Origin: Patescibacteria group bacterium
GTDB taxonomy: Bacteria > Patescibacteriota > Doudnabacteria > UBA920
Assembly (NCBI GenBank): GCA_035628335.1
Contig: DASPKA010000048.1
Span: 1 to 37,442, forward strand
Length of the DNA stretch: 37,442 nt
Direction: 5' to 3'
Under the pieces are notes generated by a model that did no database searches, was not told the DNA's origin, and saw only the letters and a list, made by a program, of their open reading frames with translations. Positions 13,919 through 22,516 of the stretch are shown in pieces (the first letter of the stretch is position 1; each line of letters begins with the position of its first letter). The position numbers and the translations under genes are program-made.

Positions 13919-14344
13919 TTATGTTTGATGTTTGCCCAGCTCCTCATAAGGAGGTTCTGGGCTTACCAGGTTTGCGATGAGAGTGCCGAATTTGGCGCCG
14001 AGCCACATGGTCAGCATCGTGGGGATCAACGCAAGCACCCACCTGAATCCTACCACTGAGCCGAACAAGAGCGGAATCCACACTGCCCAGCCTACCAGAA
14101 GCGAGGCTAGCATGAAGATAACGGCGAAGAAACCTTCGCCGGCCTTACTTGGTGGAAACTTCCCTTTGGTAACCAGCAAATCCAAGAAGGTAGTCTGGGC
14201 CACGGGAAGAAAATTCAATGCGAACAAGGCAGCTACGTACTGTGCTGTGCCAGAGAACAGTTGCGGCAAAAGCCAGTCCAGCACTCCGAAGCTGAACCCA
14301 GCCACAACCCACACGAAAAACCTCACAATCGAATACTCTTTCAT
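13919..14344 (-). CDS. Small polytopic membrane protein (141 aa), tandem paralog 1
   Basis: SD aaaggag. About 4 hydrophobic segments. Paralogous to 13477-13905. Confidence 0.7.
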   Translation of the reverse strand: MKEYSIVRFFVWVVAGFSFGVLDWLLPQLFSGTAQYVAALFALNFLPVAQTTFLDLLVTKGKFPPSKAGEGFFAVIFMLASLLVGWAVWIPLLFGSVVGFRWVLALIPTMLTMWLGAKFGTLIANLVSPEPPYEELGKHQT

Positions 14345-14412
14345 TCTAACTCCTTTTGGAATAAACTTTATCTAACTTTTCACAGCTTACTATTAAAGTC
14401 AGGAATCCACAA

Positions 14413-15285
14413 CTATCGGGAAAATGTAGCGGTAATATAGCTCGTGGTTTCTATATACGGGTCTTTGAGTATTCTGCCCGAGTTTGTGTTACCTAAAAGC
14501 GTAAATTTTGTTGTTTTAAATTCTTGCATAAGACGGAGCAGAACATAGATACTCGGTGGAGAGTCCATGTAGTCATTATTTGAATTCATAATAGATTTTA
14601 AAGAAAAGCTCTTAATCCATGCCAGGGTCTTTGCATCATTTGCTTCGGCAACAGAGGAGCTTAAATAGTGAGAAAAATCTACAGAAGCTATATACACTGT
14701 TTCTTCTGTATCCAGTTTTTTTACTTTTGAAATAAATCGTTCCAGTTCTTCTACCGAAGCATACCTACGTATCATAAATGATCTGACAGTGGCCTTAGGC
14801 AAGTAAGTGCGTATATATGGCATCATTCCGGAAAGGCTATGTTCGTTCTCAGCGTGTTCAAGCTTTGCAGGAGCAAAAATGTTCTCAGGTGATGAATTCA
14901 CATACACCTGGCCAAAGGGAGTAAGCCAGTTAAATGTCGCGTGCTGAATAGAGGCTGTTCCGACTTCATGATGGTTAGGACCAATAAGTACAACGGTACG
15001 CGGACGTGCCTGTACTAAAGTCTGAAAAGCTTCAGACAGCATAGTAGAAGGAAGCAGGTGGTGGGGGACTATAAGTCCTTTAATTCCAGATATAGTCCGA
15101 CAACATCCATTTTTCTTTACTTCAGCCTTTCCCTGTTCAAAAAGTAATGGGTCAAAAAACTTTACAAGTACCAAGGGCACGTTATCTGCATGTTGGATCT
15201 TTACTGCTGCAAAGTGAAAAAACCCAGCACAAATCAGGCTAAAAACTACGGTAACCAAGGTTAATTCTTTATAAAAAATCACCAT
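14413..15285 (-). CDS. Memo-like protein (AmmeMemoRadiSam system protein B family) with N-terminal membrane anchor
   Basis: Family motifs in order: GLIVPHH, VVLIGPNHH, ENEHSLSGMMPYIRTYLP, ASVDFSHYL. The N-terminus LVTVVFSLICAGFFHFAAV is hydrophobic. Confidence 0.75.
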   Translation of the reverse strand: MVIFYKELTLVTVVFSLICAGFFHFAAVKIQHADNVPLVLVKFFDPLLFEQGKAEVKKNGCCRTISGIKGLIVPHHLLPSTMLSEAFQTLVQARPRTVVLIGPNHHEVGTASIQHATFNWLTPFGQVYVNSSPENIFAPAKLEHAENEHSLSGMMPYIRTYLPKATVRSFMIRRYASVEELERFISKVKKLDTEETVYIASVDFSHYLSSSVAEANDAKTLAWIKSFSLKSIMNSNNDYMDSPPSIYVLLRLMQEFKTTKFTLLGNTNSGRILKDPYIETTSYITATFSR

Positions 15286-15325
15286 TACATTTCTGATATA
15301 CTAAAATTGCAAAGGAGGTATTTAG

Positions 15326-15589
15326 ATGTTTTGTGCACAATGTAATGCAGTAATCTCGGTTGGCGAAAACTTTGCCTACCACAAACCTACTGACTCGTGC
15401 TACTGCAACGAGAAACATGGTCAAGCAGCAGGAGTATCACGCCACGAGTTGTCGTTTGTGATAGTCCAAATTAACCGCCCGCCATCCCGCCATGAGTGGG
15501 TCTGGTTTGCAGTGTGCGGACTAGCCATGGTCTGTGGAGTATACGTACTAATGCGTATACAAAGTGGTCTTCCTCTCTGGCCATTTTAG
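15326..15589 (+). CDS. Small protein with N-terminal Cys cluster and C-terminal TM helix (87 aa)
   Basis: SD aaaggagg. CAQC...CYC cluster. C-terminal WVWFAVCGLAMVCGVYVLM. Confidence 0.6.
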   Translation: MFCAQCNAVISVGENFAYHKPTDSCYCNEKHGQAAGVSRHELSFVIVQINRPPSRHEWVWFAVCGLAMVCGVYVLMRIQSGLPLWPF

Positions 15590-15599
15590 CGAAACTACA

Positions 15600-15648
15600 A
15601 AGCCATCTTGTCCCGGTGTAGCAAAACAAGATGGCTTTTATTTTTTTA
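15600..15648. terminator. Bidirectional terminator between convergent genes
   Basis: aagccatcttgt (15600-15611)/acaagatggctt (15626-15637) is a 12-bp stem followed by tta-ttttttt. It overlaps the A2M stop codon. Confidence 0.75.
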
Positions 15649-18600
15649 CATTGGCTCTGCAGGTTTACCTTTCTGTATGTAACTCAGAAGTTTTACTTGC
15701 CATTCAGGGTTATGAAGCAGAACGAGGTAGAATATGAGGATGATAAGAATAATTGAACCGACAATACTCTTCCAACCTATACCCTCTTCAGTTACTCTAG
15801 TAAAGCTGAAAGCGCGTTCTGCATATGGTGGCTCAATATGGAACACTTGAGAGCCAGAATGTGCTGACTTGCCCGTGTACATAGTTTCATACATTACCGG
15901 AGGCGCTGTAAAGTCACCAGAGACAACCGCACGTGCTTGGTAGGAGTACTCCCGTTGGGACCCTCCACCATACCCCCAGTCATACATTTGTGAAATCCGC
16001 GCGCCTTCTAACGTAGTTTCGGCCCCCCAGTCTCCGTAGTAATAATGTTGTGAGTATCCGCCAGTCTTTTCGTTGAGCAAATTCTTATTAACCGGTATTA
16101 ACCCTGCGGGAAGTCGGTCTTCAATTACCGCGTAATCTGAAGACAGATCACCGCTTACTTTAATTTTTACATTTACTATATCTCCTACGCGGACCGCCCA
16201 ACCTTCATGCTCCGCATTTTCATATGTTCGTTCAAACTTTATCTTGGAAGAAACTGGGACTTTGTCTACATCAGTTCGCCACAGGCTTTCAACCAGCATG
16301 GAGTACAATGTACCTCCATTTGAAGCTACAGAAAGCTTACTTCCGTCAAGCGCAGGATCAATTTTTAGAGGAACAACAACTTCAGCTGTGGGGCTAGTAA
16401 TGTTGCCAGTGGCAAGCGTCTGAGAACCAAGCGTTACTGTGTACCCTGTATTTACTTTCGTACTTCCATCACTCGACTTTAGCAACGCAGAAACAACCTG
16501 GACTGTAGTATATGTGCTTACCCAGTAGTTCCTTTTCTTTTTCTGCGCCAGGAAGTTTAGAGCCTGAACAATTTGGTTCTTGTACCTGTCCTTCTGCTGC
16601 AACAAAGACTTTACCGCAAAAGCTGTGGATGCTTCTTCGCTCCCATAGTACACCCCAAGACCTGTTTTCCAGTGCATACTTGAACCTTCAGAGATTCCTT
16701 GTTTGAGCAACTCAGCATTCAATACATCTGCCTGTGCCGTGAAGCCATTCAATCGGTTAGTCATTGCAGCCATTGCCAACGTGTCTGGAGTTACGCCCGT
16801 CACATCTGTGATGGGGAACTTGTCTAGTCCGCTACCCAACAGCGCAAGCCCGTATGCTCGTAAAATTATGTTGGTCTTCTTTTCATATTCCGCTACCTCT
16901 TTCTCTGTTCTAACCCCGTCGTACCCAAACGTTGGGTAGTACGATGGGTTGTAGTTATGTATTTCAGTAGCAGAGTTTTCCAGATAGCTGCGTGCAGAAC
17001 GTAGCAGTGGTGTAGCTTCAGAAAAACCACGTGCTTCTGCGAGTTTCAAATACTCGACAACATATACTGTGTTAAACACATTTCCGTACCCGTCGTGCCA
17101 GTAACCCCAGGAGCCGTTAGGGTTTTGCAGTTCTTTAAGCTTAGAAATACCCACGCGCACCATATCATTAAGGTCTTTGCCTTCTGAGGCTTCCTTCAAA
17201 ATTTCAGGGTAACCCTGAGCAAGTAATACAGGAGCAAACCGACTCATGGTCTGTTCAACACAACCATACGGATAGTCGATTAAGTACCGCATGGCTTCTG
17301 GCACCTGTCCTACCATAGAAGCAGTTAAGACAAGCTTCGCCTTAGATAAATCATTAACCGCATCTTTTGGAAAACGGACAGTGAAGTCACCACTACCTTC
17401 CTTAATTTCTGAAACAAGTTCTTTTACTCCCGTATACCGAACTGGCAGTACTTGTTTGTATGAGTCAGAAAGCTTCTTGTCTTTTGTATCTGTGGCGTTA
17501 AACTGAAACTCTGCTGCTTCGCTCGCTTGGGTAGGTGTAACTTCAAACTCCAAAAGTTTAGACTTTTTATTTTGAAGTGCAACATGTTCACCCTGGATTG
17601 GAAGCACTTTTTTGCCTTCATAGGTTACATCTGCATTTATATCCAGTTCCTTACCAGAGTAGTTGCTTATATACGCAGCCAAAACAACTTTGTCTCCAAC
17701 CCGCAGTACATTTGGAACAATAGGTCGCATTATAAATGGCTTGGTGACCACGATCTCATTTTTTGTTTCACCAACCTGAGTTGCTGCATTCGCGGATACT
17801 GCCCGTATAACCCATGTTGTTAAATTGTCAGGCAACTTAAAAGTAACTGTGGCTTTACCATCCGCTCCAGTTACCACATGAGGGTTCCAGTAGGCAGTGT
17901 CTTTAAAGTTAGAGCGCACTGCTGTATCTCCCTTGTCGTTATGCGCAAGTATATGGCCTGCAAAGAAGTTATGTGTATTGGCAACAGTTAAGTTATATAC
18001 AGTCACCTCGCCCAAAACCCATTCTAACGACTCGACTGGGGCTGGACCTTTTTCTGTGAGCAATACATCACCAATTTGCAAATCACCCGCCGGTTTCCAT
18101 GCACCGCTTTCATAAAGCAAGTGGTTTGGTGTCACTTTGAGACTTCCGTTAATGAGTAGGTACCCCATATCTGACAACCTATGCGTTGCGGTAACCTTCT
18201 GAGAAACATATTTCCTGGCAGACTCGTCATATGACAAAACACTGTCTCCAACTAAAATGTCTTCTATATTTTTTACTGTACCCTCCGTAAGGGTAACCTT
18301 TGTACCAGCTACGAAACACCCGCCTCGCTCTGCACCACTGCTGTATGACTGCATGAGGCTATGGCGGTATGCAGTGTTTTGTCCTCGCTTAGAATAAAAG
18401 GAGTCAAAAATATGTTGCCTATTTTCAGTTGCAAGCTCATATATTGCTTTGTCTATAGAATAGAGCACTGTGTCAGCAGACACTGGCTTGCCGTTTTGAT
18501 CTGTCGTCACTACAGTTGCCCGTACATTGTCTCCTGGTCCGTAACTCTGTTTGTCAGTCTGTACTGAAACATTCAGCTTTTGTCCTAACGCAGAAACCTC

Positions 18601-20748
18601 AGCTTCAGCTGTAGTTGATCTTAAGTCGTAAGGACCAAACTCGTACCCTCGGGCAAAGATGTTTGGCATATAACTCCCTTCAACTGGGAATTCAGCCACT
18701 GCACGTCCGCCCGTTACCCGTACCACTTTGTAGTCCTTTACATAGTCACGCTCAATGACTAACAAGGCGTCATGGTCAGGTAGATTAGAGGTAAACTGAA
18801 GACGCATAGTTGCGTTCGGTTGGTAGGTTTGCTGGCTAAAAGCTAACGTCACACCTGCTTGCGTGTCCTGCTGTGACCACCAGAAGTCATACTCTCCACC
18901 AGAAACCCACTGGTTATATACAACACTGAAGTCTTTACCTGAAGTGTCTTTTCCAGTAAGAGTAAATGTATACGACCCTGATACCTGAGGGGTAAAGTTA
19001 TATGCAATTTTTCCAGAGTTATCGGAAATGAATTTTTGCGCCTTATAGTCTTCTGAGGTGCCTTTCCAGTCGCCGTTAACATACCCATGGCTCTCTCTGT
19101 GCACTTGCATAGTGACAGGTACATCAGGCAATGTTTTTCCCGCAAGGTCTGAGACCGTAAATACATGGTTGATAGGTTTTCCAGCAACGGCATAGTACCA
19201 ACCGTAGGTTGAACCAGCAATTGTTCTAGTAATCTTTATATTATTCTTTCGCACAAGCGCGCGGCTCATGGTTACGACCTGGTTTTGGGTGCGGTCTTTG
19301 TACGTAGCTTCCACAGAAATTACTTTTGCTGTTGTGCCTTCCGCAGACTCAGCAAAGTCTACTTGAGGCATATCTAACAACAGCTCTCCGTTTTCGTTTA
19401 ATCTTGCCGTACCTGAACCAACTTCATTACCACCGTAAAAGTAGTAATTAAGCTCATCTTCGCTGTCGCCATAATACCAGTTGTTATACACATCGTTAGT
19501 ATAAATGTGGTAACTTACTTCTTGGTCAGCAAGCGGGGGACCAAAAAAGTACTGGCCGGAAATCTTTGCTGTAATTTTTTCTGAAGCCGCATACGACATA
19601 CGGTCAAAAGAAGAGTCTAGTGTGTATTCTGGCTTACGGTACTCTTCAATCTGAACCGAAGTGTAATTCCCATAATTCCAATTATTATTTTCATTACTAG
19701 CTTGGTCTTGTATGGAGATCTGGAAATAACCAGTGCCCGAGTCTTTAGGTATAACCAACTTTCCAGCAACTGTACCATCCTTGGCTATTGTACTTGTCTG
19801 CTGTACTAGAGCCTCTCTCTCGCTCCAGTCTTTAAAGAGTTTAACATGCACAACACCGGACGGGAGTGTATACGCACCGTCATCGTCGTCACGGATAATT
19901 GCTTTGTAAGAAATAGTATCCCCTGGCTTGTATATAGGGCGGTCGGTTATAAAGTAAAATTTGCGAGAATTAAAGGTCGAACCAAAAGAACCAGTGAAAT
20001 TATAGTACGCGGTGCGAATATTGACTGGGATAAGGTTCATGTCACTTTCTGTCTCCACCAACACAAGCTCGGCGTTCGTGGAAATAGGCATGAAGCCTAG
20101 GTTGTTGTTCGAGACTGTAGCCTTACCTGTTTCCTTCGCTGCATCTTCAAAGGTATAAGCGGTTACGGTATAATCTTTTACCGTAGTACCTGTCTTAAGG
20201 TCCTGCACCCAGAACATATAGTCATCCTTTGTTTCCGTCATGACAGCTGCGTTTCTGGAACGGACAATAAAAGCACGGTCTATTGCACCGTCAGTAACCG
20301 TTTCAACTATATACACCGCGCTTTCTTTCAGTGGAAGCGTTATTTTGCCTTCGTTCTTTTTTAGATCTACGGTATTCTCAAATACCTTCACTGAACGGCT
20401 GTAGTCAGGTTTCGGAAACTTTCGTTTACTATTGTCTTTGCCGTCGTAAATCAAATACTTAAACAAGTCTTCTTTTGTAACTTCGTACAGGGAAAGTTTA
20501 ACCAGAGGACTCTTAGGTTCACTGTACCCGTAGTCGCCATTGTACATTAACTGAACCTCAGGCGCAGCGGCTGCGGACATAGGGATGATTTCAGACGAAG
20601 CCTGGTACTCTCCTCCGCTAATGAAGATCCGAGGTCCCTGCTGCACCTCATTAGGCGTTACAGCCTGGCTTGGATGAAAATAGAAAAAGGCAGCCACTGA
20701 CAAACCCAGCAGCACACTACTAAATAGAAATTTTCTTATGGTTAACAT
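15646..20748 (-). CDS. Alpha-2-macroglobulin family protein with thioester motif, internal Hint (intein-like) domain, N-terminal signal/anchor and C-terminal TM helix (1700 aa)
   Basis: Thioester motif YPYGCVEQTMSRF (GCVEQ = nt 17251-17265). A2M-family strand KLPDNLTTWVIRAVSAN. Long beta-rich MG-like N-terminal half. N-terminal FLFSSVLLGLSVAAFFYF and C-terminal IVGSIILIILIFYLVLL. Confidence 0.9.
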   Translation of the reverse strand: MLTIRKFLFSSVLLGLSVAAFFYFHPSQAVTPNEVQQGPRIFISGGEYQASSEIIPMSAAAAPEVQLMYNGDYGYSEPKSPLVKLSLYEVTKEDLFKYLIYDGKDNSKRKFPKPDYSRSVKVFENTVDLKKNEGKITLPLKESAVYIVETVTDGAIDRAFIVRSRNAAVMTETKDDYMFWVQDLKTGTTVKDYTVTAYTFEDAAKETGKATVSNNNLGFMPISTNAELVLVETESDMNLIPVNIRTAYYNFTGSFGSTFNSRKFYFITDRPIYKPGDTISYKAIIRDDDDGAYTLPSGVVHVKLFKDWSEREALVQQTSTIAKDGTVAGKLVIPKDSGTGYFQISIQDQASNENNNWNYGNYTSVQIEEYRKPEYTLDSSFDRMSYAASEKITAKISGQYFFGPPLADQEVSYHIYTNDVYNNWYYGDSEDELNYYFYGGNEVGSGTARLNENGELLLDMPQVDFAESAEGTTAKVISVEATYKDRTQNQVVTMSRALVRKNNIKITRTIAGSTYGWYYAVAGKPINHVFTVSDLAGKTLPDVPVTMQVHRESHGYVNGDWKGTSEDYKAQKFISDNSGKIAYNFTPQVSGSYTFTLTGKDTSGKDFSVVYNQWVSGGEYDFWWSQQDTQAGVTLAFSQQTYQPNATMRLQFTSNLPDHDALLVIERDYVKDYKVVRVTGGRAVAEFPVEGSYMPNIFARGYEFGPYDLRSTTAEAEVSALGQKLNVSVQTDKQSYGPGDNVRATVVTTDQNGKPVSADTVLYSIDKAIYELATENRQHIFDSFYSKRGQNTAYRHSLMQSYSSGAERGGCFVAGTKVTLTEGTVKNIEDILVGDSVLSYDESARKYVSQKVTATHRLSDMGYLLINGSLKVTPNHLLYESGAWKPAGDLQIGDVLLTEKGPAPVESLEWVLGEVTVYNLTVANTHNFFAGHILAHNDKGDTAVRSNFKDTAYWNPHVVTGADGKATVTFKLPDNLTTWVIRAVSANAATQVGETKNEIVVTKPFIMRPIVPNVLRVGDKVVLAAYISNYSGKELDINADVTYEGKKVLPIQGEHVALQNKKSKLLEFEVTPTQASEAAEFQFNATDTKDKKLSDSYKQVLPVRYTGVKELVSEIKEGSGDFTVRFPKDAVNDLSKAKLVLTASMVGQVPEAMRYLIDYPYGCVEQTMSRFAPVLLAQGYPEILKEASEGKDLNDMVRVGISKLKELQNPNGSWGYWHDGYGNVFNTVYVVEYLKLAEARGFSEATPLLRSARSYLENSATEIHNYNPSYYPTFGYDGVRTEKEVAEYEKKTNIILRAYGLALLGSGLDKFPITDVTGVTPDTLAMAAMTNRLNGFTAQADVLNAELLKQGISEGSSMHWKTGLGVYYGSEEASTAFAVKSLLQQKDRYKNQIVQALNFLAQKKKRNYWVSTYTTVQVVSALLKSSDGSTKVNTGYTVTLGSQTLATGNITSPTAEVVVPLKIDPALDGSKLSVASNGGTLYSMLVESLWRTDVDKVPVSSKIKFERTYENAEHEGWAVRVGDIVNVKIKVSGDLSSDYAVIEDRLPAGLIPVNKNLLNEKTGGYSQHYYYGDWGAETTLEGARISQMYDWGYGGGSQREYSYQARAVVSGDFTAPPVMYETMYTGKSAHSGSQVFHIEPPYAERAFSFTRVTEEGIGWKSIVGSIILIILIFYLVLLHNPEWQVKLLSYIQKGKPAEPM
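17938..18318 (-). other. Hint / mini-intein-like domain (aa 811-937 of the A2M ORF); +1 residue is Asp
   Basis: CFVAGTKVTL (block A; Cys codon 18316-18318), KVTPNHLL (block B, TxxH), VYNLTVANTHNFFAGHILAHN (blocks F/G; Asn codon 17938-17940). The next codon, 17935-17937, is gac = Asp. Confidence 0.85.
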
Positions 20749-20794
20749 GTGAGCTAAATTAATTTATATCTTAATAATATCATTTAATTTCCTA

Positions 20795-20840
20795 AACAAA
20801 AATGAAAGCGACCCGGAAACTTCATAGGTTCCGAGTCGCT
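20795..20840 (-). terminator. Rho-independent terminator after 20845-21546
   Basis: agcgac-c-cggaa...ttccg-a-gtcgct hairpin (20807-20840). On the minus strand it is followed by a T-rich tail (ttcatttttgttt). Confidence 0.55.
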
Positions 20841-20844
20841 AAAG

Positions 20845-21546
20845 TTATTTACTGGCTGTAATCCTCGCCTCCTCAACGCGCGGCTTAAAAAAATTCGTGA
20901 TTCTGAGAGTTGCCTCATCCGCGAATTGAACCTTCTGCTCAAGTGTATTCACTTCTGTCATGTACAGAAGCTTCAGCAATTGAGGTTCTTTCCCAACCCA
21001 TTCCGCTACATGCGGTATATGGTCTAGGACTACATCCCGTATAGTTTCAAGCAACTCCGCCTGCCCAGGATACTTCGCTCCCGGGTTAAAGATAATTTGC
21101 ACCAGTCCTTGCTCTCCGAGGGTTTGAACAGGTCGGGTGCCGTCTGGCGAAGGTGGAAGCTTAAGGGAGCGCTTAACAATGTCTGCAGCCATGTCATATA
21201 TTTCAATGACTTGCTGCTTCCGGTCTCCCTCAACAATTCCCTTGTTGATGTACACAATCTTATCACGCACGCTGCAGACTACCAACCGCTCAAACAGCAA
21301 CCCGAGATCAAGCGCGGTTGACATCTCTACAATAGGGTCAGCCTTGGGGCTTAGGCCATCTTTTTCCTTTGCAAGCTCCCTGAGAAGCCACCCGAGCGAC
21401 GGCTTCTTTGACTTCTGCAGCGCCTGAATTTCGCTCTTGAACATCCTTGAAGAAGGGTTCTGCTTTTCCTTCAAGATGTCTTGAGAAAGACCATGCAGTG
21501 TAAGCAGCGCGCATAGCATCAGTACAACTAACAACAGCTGTTTCAT
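20845..21546 (-). CDS. Secreted hypothetical protein (233 aa)
   Basis: Signal peptide MKQLLLVVLMLCALLTLHGLSQ. SD aaggag. Confidence 0.7.
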   Translation of the reverse strand: MKQLLLVVLMLCALLTLHGLSQDILKEKQNPSSRMFKSEIQALQKSKKPSLGWLLRELAKEKDGLSPKADPIVEMSTALDLGLLFERLVVCSVRDKIVYINKGIVEGDRKQQVIEIYDMAADIVKRSLKLPPSPDGTRPVQTLGEQGLVQIIFNPGAKYPGQAELLETIRDVVLDHIPHVAEWVGKEPQLLKLLYMTEVNTLEQKVQFADEATLRITNFFKPRVEEARITASK

Positions 21547-21588
21547 TAACCTAGCTCCTTAAAATTAGCATTTTATCTTACGGCCGAG

Positions 21589-21870
21589 TTACTTATCTCT
21601 CTGGCCGCTCTTCCAACGCAGGATTACCTTCCAGAATGGAGTTGGACTTTTACCTCCATCTCCCCAGACAGCACCGACACGGTTGTCCTTGATGCCGAAC
21701 CCAACAATTACTTCCTTCCCGTCTGATTCAGCAACTTTTACGTGCTTCTCAACAGGGAGTGAAAATTTAACTGTTCGGTTTGGTTTCTCCTGTGCTTTTC
21801 CATCCTGCTTGGCAACAACAATCGGGGCCAGAGCCAGCAAGACAATCACTACACAAAAGTACTTTCGCAT
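21589..21870 (-). CDS. Small secreted hypothetical protein (93 aa)
   Basis: Signal peptide MRKYFCVVIVLLALAPIVVA. SD aaggagg. Confidence 0.65.
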   Translation of the reverse strand: MRKYFCVVIVLLALAPIVVAKQDGKAQEKPNRTVKFSLPVEKHVKVAESDGKEVIVGFGIKDNRVGAVWGDGGKSPTPFWKVILRWKSGQRDK

Positions 21871-21934
21871 CTGATACCTCCTTAATGACAGATAATATAT
21901 TTATGCAGTGATTTTTTCAAGCCATAAAAATCAG

Positions 21935-21973
21935 GTAAAAAAATACAGGCGTGAGCTTGTAAAAGCTCACGCC
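21935..21973 (-). terminator. Rho-independent terminator after 21990-22430
   Basis: ggcgtgagctt-gtaa-aagctcacgcc (11-bp stem, GNRA loop) followed on the minus strand by a T-run. Confidence 0.75.
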
Positions 21974-21989
21974 ATAAAACTTGATGCGG

Positions 21990-22430
21990 TCAAAAACAAA
22001 GATTAGGAAAACGTTTACATTTCGTTTTCTGTTTCTCCTTTGCAGTCTTCCACTGGAATGTAATTCCAGCCTGATTTCCTCTGTCTGGGACACGAGGAAC
22101 ACTCGGCATGGATGGGGCTTGTCTACTCACCGGTTGAACGGTGAGGAAGGTGTCTACCTTCTCGCCCTCACGCAGCCGACCGCCAAACCAGGGCTTGGTC
22201 TTAAACTTCTGTACCCCACTTCGCTGCTCTCCAGCAGTTGTGGAAACAGTATCTAAGACAAACCCAGGAACACTCCGGACTTCACGTACGTCCTTTGAAA
22301 GTGGCTTGGACTGATCTATTGCCTTGTGAGGACCAGTCTGACTAGATACAGGAGGAAGCACTGTTTGTGCTAGACCCGGACCTGCCAGTACTATTAAAAC
22401 AACAACTACAATCCCTACGAGCTTGAACAT
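21990..22430 (-). CDS. Secreted hypothetical protein (146 aa)
   Basis: Signal peptide MFKLVGIVVVVLIVLAGPGLAQ. SD aaaaggag. Confidence 0.6.
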   Translation of the reverse strand: MFKLVGIVVVVLIVLAGPGLAQTVLPPVSSQTGPHKAIDQSKPLSKDVREVRSVPGFVLDTVSTTAGEQRSGVQKFKTKPWFGGRLREGEKVDTFLTVQPVSRQAPSMPSVPRVPDRGNQAGITFQWKTAKEKQKTKCKRFPNLCF

Positions 22431-22469
22431 GCTTACTCCTTTTGTGTAACTAAGTTACTTAGATACTAT

Positions 22470-22510
22470 ATTAAAGAGGCATTCCAGTAAACAAGGGACT
22501 GGAATGCCTC
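22470..22510 (-). terminator. Terminator hairpin after 22517-23236
   Basis: gaggcattccag (22476-22487)/ctggaatgcctc (22499-22510) is a 12-bp perfect stem. It has a short T tail on the minus strand. Confidence 0.55.
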
Positions 22511-22516
22511 AAATTT

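Noticed and set aside
17938-18318. Annotating the Hint segment as a canonical splicing intein (mobile element).
   Set aside because: The +1 residue is Asp and there is no homing-endonuclease domain. Canonical splicing chemistry is not supported, so it is reported as BIL-like instead.
16512-20100. Multiple 60-120-aa ORFs on both strands within the A2M gene.
   Set aside because: They are embedded in a 1700-aa ORF with clear family motifs, and none has independent start signals.
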